Origin: Octopus bimaculoides
Lineage: Eukaryota
Assembly (NCBI RefSeq): GCF_001194135.2
Contig: NC_068981.1
Span: 36,580,815-36,621,601 of the forward strand
DNA: 40,787 bases
Direction: 5' to 3'
Part shown: positions 12,429 to 24,975 of the stretch, in pieces
Position numbering within the stretch: the stretch's first letter is position 1
Layout of the letters: the number at the start of each line of letters is the position of its first letter
Notes under the pieces: model-generated
Told to the model about the DNA's origin: nothing
What the model saw: the letters and a program-made list of their open reading frames with translations, nothing else
Databases searched by the model: none
Position numbers and translations under genes: made by a program

Positions 12429-12571
12429 AGATACAAATAAGGAAATAATTTTATTCTCAAATGCAGGATAATGTTAATAACATAGCACAAACAGGATAGT
12501 TTATCCTGCTCATGCTATATTATTAGCATTATCCTGCATTTGAGAATAAAATTATTTTCTTATTTGTATCT
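12429..12571. repeat. 143 bp near-perfect palindrome (70 bp arms, 3 nt loop); possible foldback MITE
   Basis: agatacaaataaggaaataattttattctcaaatgcaggataatg... pairs with ...cattatcctgcatttgagaataaaattattttcttatttgtatct; 6 mismatches, all transitions. Confidence 0.92.
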
Positions 12572-12827
12572 TTCAATAAATCTCAACACTTCTAATTTAA
12601 TGTGCAATAGCGTCTTATAAAGCTAGATTTATATATCCTAAAATTGCAGAAGAATTTGTCACTGGGCAGTTTAGCTTAATGGTAAAGCACTTGATGCATA
12701 ATCACAGGGCAAGAAGTGAGCTGGTCCACTACTAATAAATAATGGACTGACACAGTCAGTAGAGTTGGTCAGCGAAGGTACACCATTCACACCAGTCCCA
12801 TAGAGATGACAAAATATGTCATCATCA

Positions 12828-12923
12828 TGGGACATATCAGTGGTGATGAGGGTTTGGACAATATCGCCACTGGGACATATCAGTGGTGACGAGGATTTGG
12901 AAAATATTGTCACTGGGACATAT
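12828..12923 (+). repeat. 43 bp tandem repeat, about 2.2 copies
   Basis: tgggacatatca starts at 12828, 12871 and 12914. Confidence 0.85.
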
Positions 12924-12929
12924 CAATGC

Positions 12930-13272
12930 CAGTGCCCCCTGACTGCTCCTGTGCTAGTGGCATGTAAAAAGCACCATTCAAGTGTGGCTGTTGCCAGTGC
13001 CACCTGACTGGCTCCCATGCCAGTGGCACATAAAAAGCACTGTTCAAGCATGGTCGATGTCAGTATTGCCTGACTGGCCATCATGCTGATAGCATGTAAA
13101 AAGCACCCACCACACTCTCGGAGTGGTTGTCGTTAGGAAGGGCATCTACTGTAGAAACCTTGCCAGATCAAATTGGAGCCTTGTACAGCTGTCTGGCTTG
13201 CCAGTCCTCAATCAAACCGTCCAGCCTATGGCAGAATGGAAAGCAGACGTTAAATGATGACGATGATGATGA
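12930..13272 (+). mobile_element. SINE-like family A copy, older, with internal tandem modules
   Basis: Three ggca(c/t)(g/a)taaaaagcac modules, then cactctcggagtggttgtcgttaggaagggcatc...gacgttaaat(GAT)n. Confidence 0.8.
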
Positions 13273-13459
13273 TATATATATGTATATATGTATGTGTATG
13301 TGTGTGTGTTTTTATATATATAGAGAGAGAGAAGGGGAGGGTGGGGGAGAGGGGGAAAGAAGGAGAGAGGAAGGGAAAGAAAAGAAGGACTTTATGTGTG
13401 ACTATTGACCATGTAGATATGAGACATCAACTTGTTGCAGCTTGTTAATGTGATTTTGT

Positions 13460-13650
13460 TCCAGATGAGCTCCCACCAAGCAAAACTTTTGGTAAAATGC
13501 TTTCCAGCCATGAGCATTCATTTTATTTATTTCATGCATAATATCTCTATAGTTACATCATCCAATGCACACTTTTTTTCAAGATAGTTGCATGTGGTTT
13601 GAGAGTGAGTTTGTTGCTGTTTCTAGTAAATCAAGTGACCTCATAAAAGT
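13460..13650. repeat. Dispersed repeat family F (related copy 19670-19875; opposite-orientation ends near 18700-18840 and 19980-20040)
   Basis: gtggtttgagagtgagtttgttgctgtttctagtaaatcaagtgacc aligns with gtgcaatttgaaggaaagttggctggtattcctagcagatcttgtgacc. Confidence 0.45.
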
Positions 13651-13719
13651 TCTCACATGAATGTGAAAAGAGTAAGCAAGTGTGTGTATTTGCATGTATG
13701 TTTTTAGATATATATATAT

Positions 13720-14073
13720 ATCATCATCATCATCATCATCATCATCGTTTAACGTCTGCTTTCCATGCTAGCATGGGTTGGACGATTTGACTGAGGACTG
13801 GTGCAACCGGATGGCTACACCAGGCTCCAATCTAATTTGGCAGAGTTTCTACAGCTGGATGCCCTTCCTAACGCCAACCACTCAGAGAGTGTAGTGGGTG
13901 CTTTTACGTGTCACCCGCACGAAAACGGCCACGCTCGAAATGGTGTCTTTTATGTGCCACCCGCACAAGAGCCAGTCCAGGGGCACTGGCAACGATCTCA
14001 CTCGAAAACCCTACAAGGCCAGTCAGGCGGTACTGGCAACGGTCACACTCAGGATGGTACATCTTATGTGCCA
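13720..14073 (-). mobile_element. SINE-like family A copy, young, runs into gap
   Basis: (CAT)n-cgtttaacgtctgctttccatgctagcatgggttggacg...; several internal modules. Confidence 0.85.
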
Positions 14074-14379
14074 NNNNNNNNNNNNNNNNNNNNNNNNNNN
14101 NNNNNNNNNNNNNNNNNNNNNNNNNNNNNNNNNNNNNNNNNNNNNNNNNNNNNNNNNNNNNNNNNNNNNNNNNNNNNNNNNNNNNNNNNNNNNNNNNNNN
14201 NNNNNNNNNNNNNNNNNNNNNNNNNNNNNNNNNNNNNNNNNNNNNNNNNNNNNNNNNNNNNNNNNNNNNNNNNNNNNNNNNNNNNNNNNNNNNNNNNNNN
14301 NNNNNNNNNNNNNNNNNNNNNNNNNNNNNNNNNNNNNNNNNNNNNNNNNNNNNNNNNNNNNNNNNNNNNNNNNNNNNNN

Positions 14380-14441
<62 letters not shown>

Positions 14442-14833
14442 TAAGACTGATTGGGGACAAAACAGAGTATATGCATGAATATATCCCAGTCCAATCCAAA
14501 ATCCATAGTCTAAAGAGGCCACAAGATCATAACAATGCAAGTACTGGGAGTTGTATTTGTTGTACAAGAGACTTGATATGAAACTGTGTACTGAATTTGA
14601 AGCAGTTAAGCCATGGAAGATCCTGTTTAGCCAACAAGAAACATACTAAAACACATTAATTTTCTATTTAGTTTATGAGGTGTAAAATTTTTATTTGATC
14701 ACTGCAAACTAATCAGTGACACTTCGTGGAATAAATGAAAAGTAAATATAGTAGTTTTGTGTGTTTTTAGATGTTGTTTCTTAAACCTTATAGACATCTG
14801 GCAATTAAGTATTTCAAAGTTAACAAGGCTTAC

Positions 14834-14885
14834 CTTCTTCAGAGCATATATAGAGAACATTTTTCTCTGGAGTTCAAACGGGAGA
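14834..14885 (-). CDS. Candidate internal exon (LPFELQRKMFSIYALKK)
   Basis: Minus strand: gagttccttcttcag| 52 nt AAG|gtaagc; one open frame, phase 2-0; no homology recognised. Confidence 0.25.
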
Positions 14886-16087
14886 CTGAAGAAGGAACTC
14901 CAAGATCATACACCAGGCTTCTCATCAGGACTCAAAGCATCTCATGTTATGAGCACAAGGCCAAAGAGGAACTTTATGATATATTTTACCTGTCTCTACT
15001 ATTATTGCCTAATGCAAAGAAGACTTCACTGGTCAGTACTATTGTGCTGAATAACAGGCCATATCTGATTTTATATTTTGGAGACTTCCACATCCAAATA
15101 GAGTATGAAGGTCACCCAACTACATTGATATTATTGGCGGAAATACAGAGAATCCCAATATAGTGTTGTGAGATGCATCTCAATTGTGATCAGCAGAAAA
15201 AGTAAAAAATGGTTCTTCTACCATGTAATTTGTGTATCAATTGGCAAATAACTTGGTAGCAAATAACTTGTTTAGTTGTTGTTTTTTCTGAGAAGCTTTT
15301 CTACTCCCATCCTCTTAACCTTGTCTATTGGATGGATGTTCTGTGTTATATGGTTTCATGGTATGAGAAACATGAAGAACCTGACCTTATAACATGTATG
15401 TATTTTATGTGTCCACTTAATCCAATCCATAGTTTTAAAATTTCCATGTCTATAATGTAGCAGATACAAAAATGGTTTGAATCATGTGAAATCTCGTTAC
15501 TGTTTGCAGCAAAAAAAACCCCCCCAAAAAACAAAACAAAAAATAAAAAACAAAAAAAAAAGAAATTAGTTCAATTTAAAACAACTTTTTTTTAATATAA
15601 TTCTTATGTGGAATGGTTGGTGATTCAAAAGAAAATCTTCCTTTAGATTCCATGTCAGTAACTCTTGCTTCTTCAGTTAACTGTTAGAATAGGAAGTTAT
15701 TTTTTGCAATATGTTACATCCAGTTCAATATTTATGGTGCTAGCTAGTGGAACAGGTAAAAACATTTTTCTGTGATTCCTGTGTTAATTCTTGTTGCTTT
15801 ACAATCTATTACAACTGTTTGTGCGTGCATGTGTGTGATCCAAAAGCGATTGAAAAACAAGTTTTCTTACATTACATTTTCTTTCATATGATGCATAGCA
15901 AAAGTGAGAGAAAGAAAGAGAGAATGGGAGAGAAAGAGAGAGAAGGAGAGAGAAAGACACAGAGAGCTTTATTATACATTGAAATACGAGTGCATATAAT
16001 TACTTACACTATCAAACATACAACTATACACATACATCATATTAACTTGGAATACAAGACACTAATATCAGTAGAAAGGAGCTATTC

Positions 16088-16185
16088 ATACACACACACA
16101 CACACACACATACTACTAGTTAGGTAGACAGTTATTATATATATATATATATATGTATATATATGCATATGTATATTTGGAGAGA

Positions 16186-16265
<80 letters not shown>
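16088..16265. repeat. (AC)n, (AT)n and long (AG)n microsatellites
   Basis: Direct reading; near-pure AG run about 16180-16265. Confidence 0.95.
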
Positions 16266-16272
<7 letters not shown>

Positions 16273-17929
16273 ATATATTGGTAGGTTTGTATGTATGTTA
16301 AATGCAGGCTGATAAGTATGTAGATATGAAGATAGGTAGCTAAGGTAGGTAAGTTAGATGAAATCAGACTAGTTTAGGTTGAAATGTAACCACATTCATC
16401 AAAGCAATAAACAAAAACTAATTATGGGACTTGTTATGGGAAATGTTCAAACTTAAGATATTCTGCATATATTTTCTTTTTTTTTTTTGATTTGCTCCAG
16501 ATTAACCTTGAACAAGCAAATTCTGTGATCAAAATCCATCTTATTTTTGGGCATAATATATCAGACTGTATTATCTAATGTGTCTTTCCTATTTTTTTAA
16601 AATGGTAGGTTTTGATATGAGGGAAATATGGTTGTATTTCTCACAAGTTCACTAATCACATAAAGGCTTTTTCTTTGATTCAAACCAGCAGCTACTGCTG
16701 TTTCTTAAATGGTTGGTAGCCTCTCCCTTGATATGGTTGTTCAGGGTAAAGTGAGACTTATAAATAGCAGTGATCTTGCAGAGATGATAAGATACTAGTA
16801 TCATTGATTGGATAATAAAATTGGCTGAAGCAAGCACTTCCTTGGACAATAATCTGGTAAATCTCTGCTTTCAAGCTGGTGCAGGGATGCAAGCAATGAG
16901 TATCAGCACTGGCTGAACAAGAACGTTATTAACAAAGTGTGTTTCTATTCCATCAAAGTCCAACATGATGCTGTTTATGACTGCACACACGAGCACAATA
17001 CCCTAAATGAGGGACTTCAATATTATGGTCACTCATATGTTGATTGTCTTAGATAAATACACTAGGCTGGGAGGCTTCTCTTAATGCTGTGATGTAGTGT
17101 GTTTATTTTCAACTATTACAAATATTATGTTCTAAAAGCAGAAAAATAAATGGAAAACTTTCAGGATACAACAGTGATATATGTTAGATTACACCATATT
17201 TCAAAACACAGAACTCAGAGATGTGAAACCAATTATCCAAAGATAGTTGATGTCATGAAAATATTCTGTTGCAGCATAAGGCCTGTCTGCGCACAAAGGT
17301 CTGAAAGCATAATCCCAATATTGACAGTTTTCAGCAAGAACAACCGTGTAACAAGAAAAAAAAAAAAGAAAAAAAAGAAACGTGTTCAGCTTTGAAACTT
17401 TGTATAGAAAGTTTCAATGGTTTAAGCTGTGACATTGCTGTCATTGACCAATATAACAATATGCCAAACCTGGATACATTCGTATATGAATAGACTATAT
17501 CTCAAAAGTTGTTCTAATATCTAACTATGTTTCATTGATGAGTTCCAATAAAACTGAAACATGTTTGGGGTTGTCATCATATTGCTAAAGATTAGACTCA
17601 TCATCAATGCATTCTACAATTAATTTTAAGTGATTAAAGTTTTAGGGTTGTCTTACATTTTTTTACCAGAATTAATTAATCATTTAGTTAATGATTGTAT
17701 TTTTATTATTAAGATTTTAATTTTAAATTGATTAAAATTTGCTGGGTTCTGCTACATCAAATATGCTTGTGACCACAATATTAGGTGGCTGTCAAATGTC
17801 AAGCATCTGGTAAATACAGCCTCTTGGAAGTGAAGGATCAAAGTAACATAATTATTCTGTTTGATATGCTCAAACAGGTAAAATATGTCACAAGCAGCTA
17901 AAAAACATCACCACACTGCAGTTGTATAA

Positions 17930-18100
17930 AGAATGGATAAAGGTGAAATAATGACAAGGGTACTTCTGTTGTTTTTAAAAGCTGTTCATAAGATTTTGGA
18001 TTATGATAATCTAGATCAAATCAATAGAGTTTGTATGCTTTTTAGATGGGAGCAAGATAATACTGGATTAATTTTCAAGCTGTATCAGATCCAAGGATCA
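17930..18100 (+). mobile_element. Highly decayed CR1/L2-type RT fragment
   Basis: MDKGEIMTRVLLLFLKAVHKI aligns in register with the LDKGxxVxxVFLDFxKAFDKV motif of non-LTR RTs. Confidence 0.4.
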
Positions 18101-18964
18101 AAGGTTGTTCTTACTTTTTGGTGGGTGGGAGTAGTGCTGTTAATTTAAGAAAAGTCTTTGATAATGGTTCTAAAAATACCATGTGAATTATGTTCTCTAA
18201 ATATGAGCAGTAAAAAAAAAAAATTAAAAAAAAAAAAAGTTATTAGAATTATTTGAGTTTTCGTTGAAGGAAGGGTAGCTACGATCTTTTCCAGGGACAA
18301 GCTTCTGATATCTTTTCTTCTTCAAATGGATCCAAATAATAGTATATTCTTGCATTTGTTCTCTTCAAATTATTTTCACAATAATGCTGGAAAGTGTATG
18401 ATCTTCAGAGTAAGTAAACATCTTAATACAGTAAAACTGTCACCATTGTATTGTATACAAAGTGAGGAAAAGCAAGTCCAGACACAACAGAATGATAATT
18501 AGTGATTGATTGTTGTAGTCTGACACTCTGCTCTTATGACACATAGAGCAGCAGATGCTCACTTGAGACATTGTTGACTCAGTTTGTTCTTGAAGCTAAA
18601 TGCTATTGCTAGTATTTGAACATAGATAGACTAATGACAGAACTTTTAAATGATAATTCAACATGCTAGAAATAGTATCGAAAATCTCTAGATTATACTG
18701 TAGTAGTTAGAAAAGGGCAGTGCATTGTATGATATGGTCCTGCATGGGTCATACCTAAAGCAAGATTAGGGTTTTGTGGGTAAAATGTCTTTGATCATAG
18801 GTTTGTTTGGACAAGGCTGACCTGAAGCTATGGGATAACAGAAACTATAGTTGTTTTAAATATCCAGGCACTGTTAACAGCCAGTGTGCATTGAATTACA
18901 ACTAAAAATCACAACTGAACTGGAAAAGCAGCTATACATCATAGATTTCCGGATAAGATAGAGT

Positions 18965-19145
18965 GAGGAATAGTGTTTTACAGTAGTTAGTTATGGCCCT
19001 CCATGCTTTGGGTTTAAATCCTGCCAAAATTAACTTCATTTTCCCTCCATTTTATGTCAACAGAATAAAGTTCCAATCAAGTGCTGAGCTAATATTCATC
19101 CACCAGACTTGTGCTAAAGCCCTAGGGCTTTGCATCTGAGTTAGT
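18965..19145 (+). mobile_element. Decayed short SINE family D copy
   Basis: gggtttaaatcctgccaaaattaacttcattttccctccatttt...aataaagttccaatcaagtgctg matches 33735-33810. Confidence 0.5.
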
Positions 19146-20039
19146 AATTTGGTGAAAAATGAGAATGTTGATTTATGTTATGTACTGTAAGTAAATGATG
19201 TTAGATGAGCTTAAAACTACTGCAATTTTGAATAAACAGGTCCAGTTTTAGAGTTAGAATTAAGTTAGGGCTAGGGTCAAGATTACAGGTAGAAAGCTTG
19301 AGAAAGAAAGAAGAAAAATATTATGATAAACTTCAAACCATGTATTTTCTAAGTTCTCACACAAGATAGTTCAAGTAAATAGAGTTGCAATGAAACCTAA
19401 AATATTCTAAGAAATCTGTTTTGTTTGAAGAACAAACTGAAAGAGAATCTGAAATGAGTATGGATAAATTCTGGAACCTTATTTTGGAAGGGGAAGGTCA
19501 GAGACACATTGCTTCTACTAGATTGCATAGAGATTAGAAGCAAAAGAAATCAGGTCCAGTGACTTGGAACACATAAAACTGAGGGAAGGTGAAAGGAGAG
19601 AAAAATATCCGACAAGACTGCTGCTATGCAGTTATTGTTGGTTGTTGTTTTGTTGTTGGTGTTGTTGTTGCTAGTACTTAGCCTCAGGCCAGTCCTGATC
19701 GAGCAAACTTACAATAAAAGGCATTTTAGCTTTGGCCATCCGGTTCTTTTACCTACCTACTGGAGAACACATGACCATATTTTTAATGTATTCTGTTCTA
19801 AAATGGTAGGGTGCAATTTGAAGGAAAGTTGGCTGGTATTCCTAGCAGATCTTGTGACCAAATAGAGACTTCATTATTTAATAAAATAGCAGTCAAATTT
19901 CCTTTGTCTTCATATTAAGTGAAGGTATAGTGGTTTATGTGACACTAGAAATATAAAAAGAGGGTATATGTTCCTGAGTAGGATGTCTTTGGCTATAAGT
20001 TTGAGATTGTTCAATCAAGGCTGAGCTGACCTGGGTCTG

Positions 20040-20101
20040 AGTAGTAGTGGTATTAGTGGTAGAGGTAGAAGAAGAAGAAGAAGAAAAAGAAGAAGAAGAG
20101 A

Positions 20102-20132
<31 letters not shown>

Positions 20133-20241
20133 TAAAACTGCAATGAATGAACATTACATGATTGTTGGGTGTAAGTTTTATGTTTGGTCATCATGCAGAT
20201 ACTGTACAAGAATAAGGGCTAAGCTGTAACTAAGATATATA

Positions 20242-20276
<35 letters not shown>

Positions 20277-20412
20277 ACACAAAACAACAATAGCACACAC
20301 ATATACACTCACACGCACACACACGTGCACATATATATGCATATAATGAAAGAGAGGGAGAAAGACATGCAAAGACGGGCATACTTGTATGTGCCAACGT
20401 TGTGTAAATGTG

Positions 20413-20472
<60 letters not shown>

Positions 20473-20473
20473 A

Positions 20474-20509
<36 letters not shown>

Positions 20510-21435
20510 CATGCGTGTGCATGTATGTATGTGTGTGTATGTGTGTGTATGTGTGTGTGTGTGTGTTTGTGAGCTATCTATTTTAAGTATAAGCAGCCTC
20601 TGCTCTGGCTTGTCAGTTGGGACATTTATTATGATAGATTGTAACTTGGTAGTAATGGGCAATGTTTAGTGAATCGTATACATGTATCCAACTTTGTTTG
20701 TCATTATAAACATATACATGCCCTTATACACTCCTGCAAATGTGCTCTACCACATACACAGAAATAAAACACACACACACACACAGACACATGTGCAAAC
20801 AAATTTATGGTTAGTTTTATATATATATGTGTGTGTGTCTGTTCTTCCTATCCTTTAGTATCTCTGGCTCTCAGTCTTTGTGTGTCTCTTTCTCTTTCTT
20901 TCTCCCCCTCTTTGTCTCCCTCTCTATCTCTCTGACATACAATTTCTCACACAGATACATGTACAGGAATAGAAAGGTAGGTGTATGTTCAATAACAGAT
21001 GTGCCTTAACAGTTTCTTGTATGTGTTTCTCCTTTCAGACTCACACACATATGCACACATATACAAACACTATATATATACACACACACATATATATACA
21101 TATATATATATATATATTTATATATATATGCAATATATATATATATGCAATATATATATATATGCAATATATTCTATTATATATGCCTTTTTACCTATGA
21201 ATGCATGAGCATATTTTTCTCCACAAATTGACCTCTCTCTCTTTCCCACTCTCCCACCCTTTCCCTCTGTAGACACACACACACACATGTATATGCACAC
21301 ATGCATACATACTCATACATACATACATATATACAAATACATATCTTCACATTCACATATATATGTATGCATGTGTATGTATGTGTATGTGTGTGTGTGT
21401 GTGTGTTTGCGTGTGTGAGTGTGCGTGTGTGTGAT
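20040..21435. repeat. Microsatellite cluster: (TAG)/(GAA), (TG)n, (CT), (AT)/(AC)
   Basis: Direct reading; source of the [12 protein letters not shown] ORFs. Confidence 0.95.
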
Positions 21436-22451
21436 TAGGTGCATGTAGTTTTATGATGGCACCTCCATCTGATTTTAACTTATGAGTTTTTGGCATTCAA
21501 GAGGGAAACATGTGTAATGTTTCTGTGTGTAGTTACAGCAGAATTTAGTAAAGTGAAAATTGGAATTGGAGAAACTAGTGGTCATTATAGTTACAACTAC
21601 AGAATTGTGTGTGAATTTTTCCAGGTAACTGCATAAGTTTGATGAATGTATTCATGTCACTGACATTGAAGCATGTCTGCATTAAACAACTTCTCATTAA
21701 TACTTTGGAATCTGTTTTCTTTCAGCTACAGTGAAACATAAGCATCTCTGAAAGTCAGTGATAGTAAGTCCCAGAACTTGATATTCATCTACATGCCATG
21801 GAGATTTTTGTTCAGATTGTCTCTGAGGTAGATGAAAGTAGGCCCATGAACCATAATACATCTGATATTTATTTCTTTTACACAGGATTGCTTATGTACT
21901 CTTGACTCCTTTATACACACACTCTATTTGACTAACCAAACTGGTTGATACTTTGATTGGGGTAAGTTTCAGTTTCATACAAATTGCACAAAGAATAGGT
22001 CACATATTGTACATATTTATGACAAAGTTGTCAAAGACTTATAGTAGGCTCCTGTATAATGCCCAAGTCTTTGCAACATAAGCGACATTGAGAATATGAT
22101 CATTTGCAGACATTGGCTTTGATCTTTAGTAATACATTATGGTTGTGTTAGAGATGATGGAAAAGCTTATGAAAAGTCAGACTAGCATCAGCTAAACATC
22201 AAAGGTAATACTGCAGTTTATAACAAATGCAAGACATATGAAAGCATATACTATTAATAGTAACTGACCATTCTCAGGAAGTGGATTGCTAGATGAAAGT
22301 CTTTTGTTGCTGAAATAAAGCAACCAATGATGTGCTGAGTGTCCACTTACATATATACCACATTACACAGTCACTCATCATCATCATCATCTTCAGTTTT
22401 TAATGTTCTTGCTCCTTGCTAGCATGAGTTGGACTGTTTGACAGGTACAAT

Positions 22452-22592
22452 TCAATTTTGCCAGCTGAGTGGAGTGGAGCAATGTGAAATAAAATGTCTT
22501 GCTGAAGGACACAATGTGTCACCAGGAACTGAACTCACAGCCTTAGGATTATGAAGTGAATCCCCAACCACTAAGCCATGTGCCTTCATTTG
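22452..22592 (-). mobile_element. tRNA-derived SINE family C, 5' part
   Basis: Reverse complement has A box (tggcttagtggtt), B-box-like gagttcagttcc and ccttcagcaagacattttatttcacattgctcc core; related to 26926-27243. Confidence 0.7.
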
Positions 22593-23759
22593 CACAAACA
22601 CTAAAATACTTGTCACATGATATTGACATCCTATATTTCGGATGTTCTTAAAAATAACAGGCAACAAGAACTCCATACTGAAACTAGAAATGAGATGAAA
22701 AACAGAAATTAACCACTCTCCAACTATTTATGAGCAGTCTTCAGAGACAAAGACATAGCCAACCTTAGACATGAATTGTACTTTCTAAGAATAACAATGT
22801 TAGGAAATAACACACAGAAAGCCAATGTGGTTAATGTGACTAAATTTGCATCATCATCATTGTCATCAATAAAATCATTTGGATTTTCCTGCTGTTTTGA
22901 GAAGTACCATTTATATCCTAAGGCCAATTTATTTTCTTTTCAGGCTGTTTGTTTGGCAGGAAACAAATAATAAAATAAGATTATTGAACCCTTTACATTG
23001 CCTAATCGCATTTTCTAAATTCATCACTCATTTGTACTGGTGTACGTGTTTCATTTACCAACATACTGTTTTCTCTCTTTAGGAAAATCACATTGTCATA
23101 CACTCTAGATTACTATTCAGCAGAATTTTTCAACTATCATTTCTTTTAAACAGCATAACCACTCCTGCTTTACTATGATTTCTAACTCCAGGGTACCCTC
23201 AGGATCATAGGACTTCTGAAGGTCCCACCAGTGGCCATTGATATTTGGCTGGGCTACTTACTGGGATTGCAGTAGTGATAATCAAAAACTCAACAGTAAT
23301 GGTCCCTTTTCCCATCAACCATCAAAATGACATTAAATAATTAATGAAATACAGTGCAATATGAATAGCATTCAATTCATTGGTTAATTCTCCTTTCTAG
23401 ATTTGAAAATACATGAGTTTTAGTTTAATCAGTACCTGCCCTCACATTTCACTAACATGCAGTCCCTCACTGACATGCAAATATCTTAATCCTTAACTCT
23501 TACTCATCTCTGTAGCCTAGATTTCAGTCTATATTCCATGTTCACTCTGAAAGATGGTATCTGAAATATGTAGAATCTACTCTCCCAACTCTTCAATTCT
23601 TTTATCTCGATAGAATCATTAAAAACTTCCAATTGCAATGGCTCAAAGTTTCTATAAATTGATTTCCTACTTTCTACATTCTCTACTTTCTAGATTCCCT
23701 ACTTTCTACATTCTCTACATTCCCCAACCACCCAAAACAGCTTGTCTATCTTTTGTTCC

Positions 23760-24345
23760 AGACCAAGGATACCTACATCCTTTTATCCATTCTTAAAATC
23801 ATCAACCATGGCAACATAAATAATTACATCTCTCCTTATTCTTCACACACCTCTTGTACTGACACTGCAGGTGTTAATATACTGGGTCTTTGCCATCCTG
23901 ACCTCTCTACAATAATTATAATAGTTTCATCACTTGCAGACATCTACTTCTAAAACACAAGAATTATGCTTGATCTCATTCTGGCTTCTAAACCCAGTTA
24001 TATTTTTCTACTATTCCTGCTTCTATTTTCTCTGCATAATTACAGTTATTTACTTCATACCTCCATACTACACAAAACTGAAAGGCAATCACACCTACAT
24101 TACTGATCTAGATGCACCTCTACCAGAAGCTTCGTATTCCTGGAAGAAAATCTGCTTTATCTATGACTCATCAAAAACATCTATGCAGGGACCAAAGCCA
24201 TCCTCTTACTTAGACATATCCTCTCACATCTCTCATTTAACCAAAGTCAATAAACTAAATCTCTCAAATGGTTGGCTCACAGTAGTATTTCAACAGTATA
24301 TGCAATGAATACAAACAACATCTAGAAACAATCACCAAATTCTCT
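23760..24345 (+). mobile_element. Possible decayed 3' end of a Jockey/CR1-group LINE
   Basis: VNILGLCHPDLS and ILHKTERQSHLHY loosely resemble LxILGVxFxxDLSW and LLDRIQxKAIRLI; many stops. Confidence 0.3.
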
Positions 24346-24829
24346 CGAAAGAATGGACTTATTCAACATTGCTACTCTTGTAATACTATTATTCAAAAAA
24401 CAAAACATACCTTTCATGGATTGTATAGCAATGGAAGCTCTCTCACAACTCTCAAAGTACAGTAGAGTCTTCTAGTTCCCTGCCAAGTTCACAGAAATCC
24501 TCTATTCACCATGGTATTTATGTAAGCAATTGTAATTGGTCATCTTTTGGAAGTGGACAGTGAGACAAAAGTCGTGTAGTACCAAAACAAAGCAACCAAT
24601 GATGTCCTAAGTGTCAACTAATGCATACACCACATTATGCAGTAATTTATCATTATTTTTTAATCTCTGTGTTCCATGCAATCATGTGTTGGATGGTTTG
24701 ACAGGATCTGATAAGTTAGGTGAGTGTAAGTAGAAAGACTTCATATTATCTATTTATTCTGCATACTTTCAGAAAAACTTCCTTCAAAACAGTCTTTCTC
24801 TCATCCACCAAAACAACCAGTAAACTTAG

Positions 24830-24975
24830 TAAAGTGTTTGGCATTACGAAGGGTTATACAGCTGTAGAAACCATGCCACAAGTGATGATTGGTACCTAGT
24901 GCAGCCTTCTAGCTTGTTACTCTTCTCAAACGGACGCTAATGCTGATAATGCTGAGGCTGCTGATGATGATGACA
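24830..24975 (+). mobile_element. Diverged family A-related fragment
   Basis: gtttggcattacgaagggttatacagctgtagaaaccatgcc...ggacgctaatgctgat...gatgatgatgac. Confidence 0.55.

Noticed and set aside
20178-21306. HTHT, CVCV, YIYI, SIHP and LSVC ORFs here and elsewhere
   Set aside because: Translations of di- and tetranucleotide microsatellites.
23661-23724. 32 bp tandem duplication; also short palindromes at 15169-15182 and near 19116-19131
   Set aside because: Small slippage products or chance-level palindromes.
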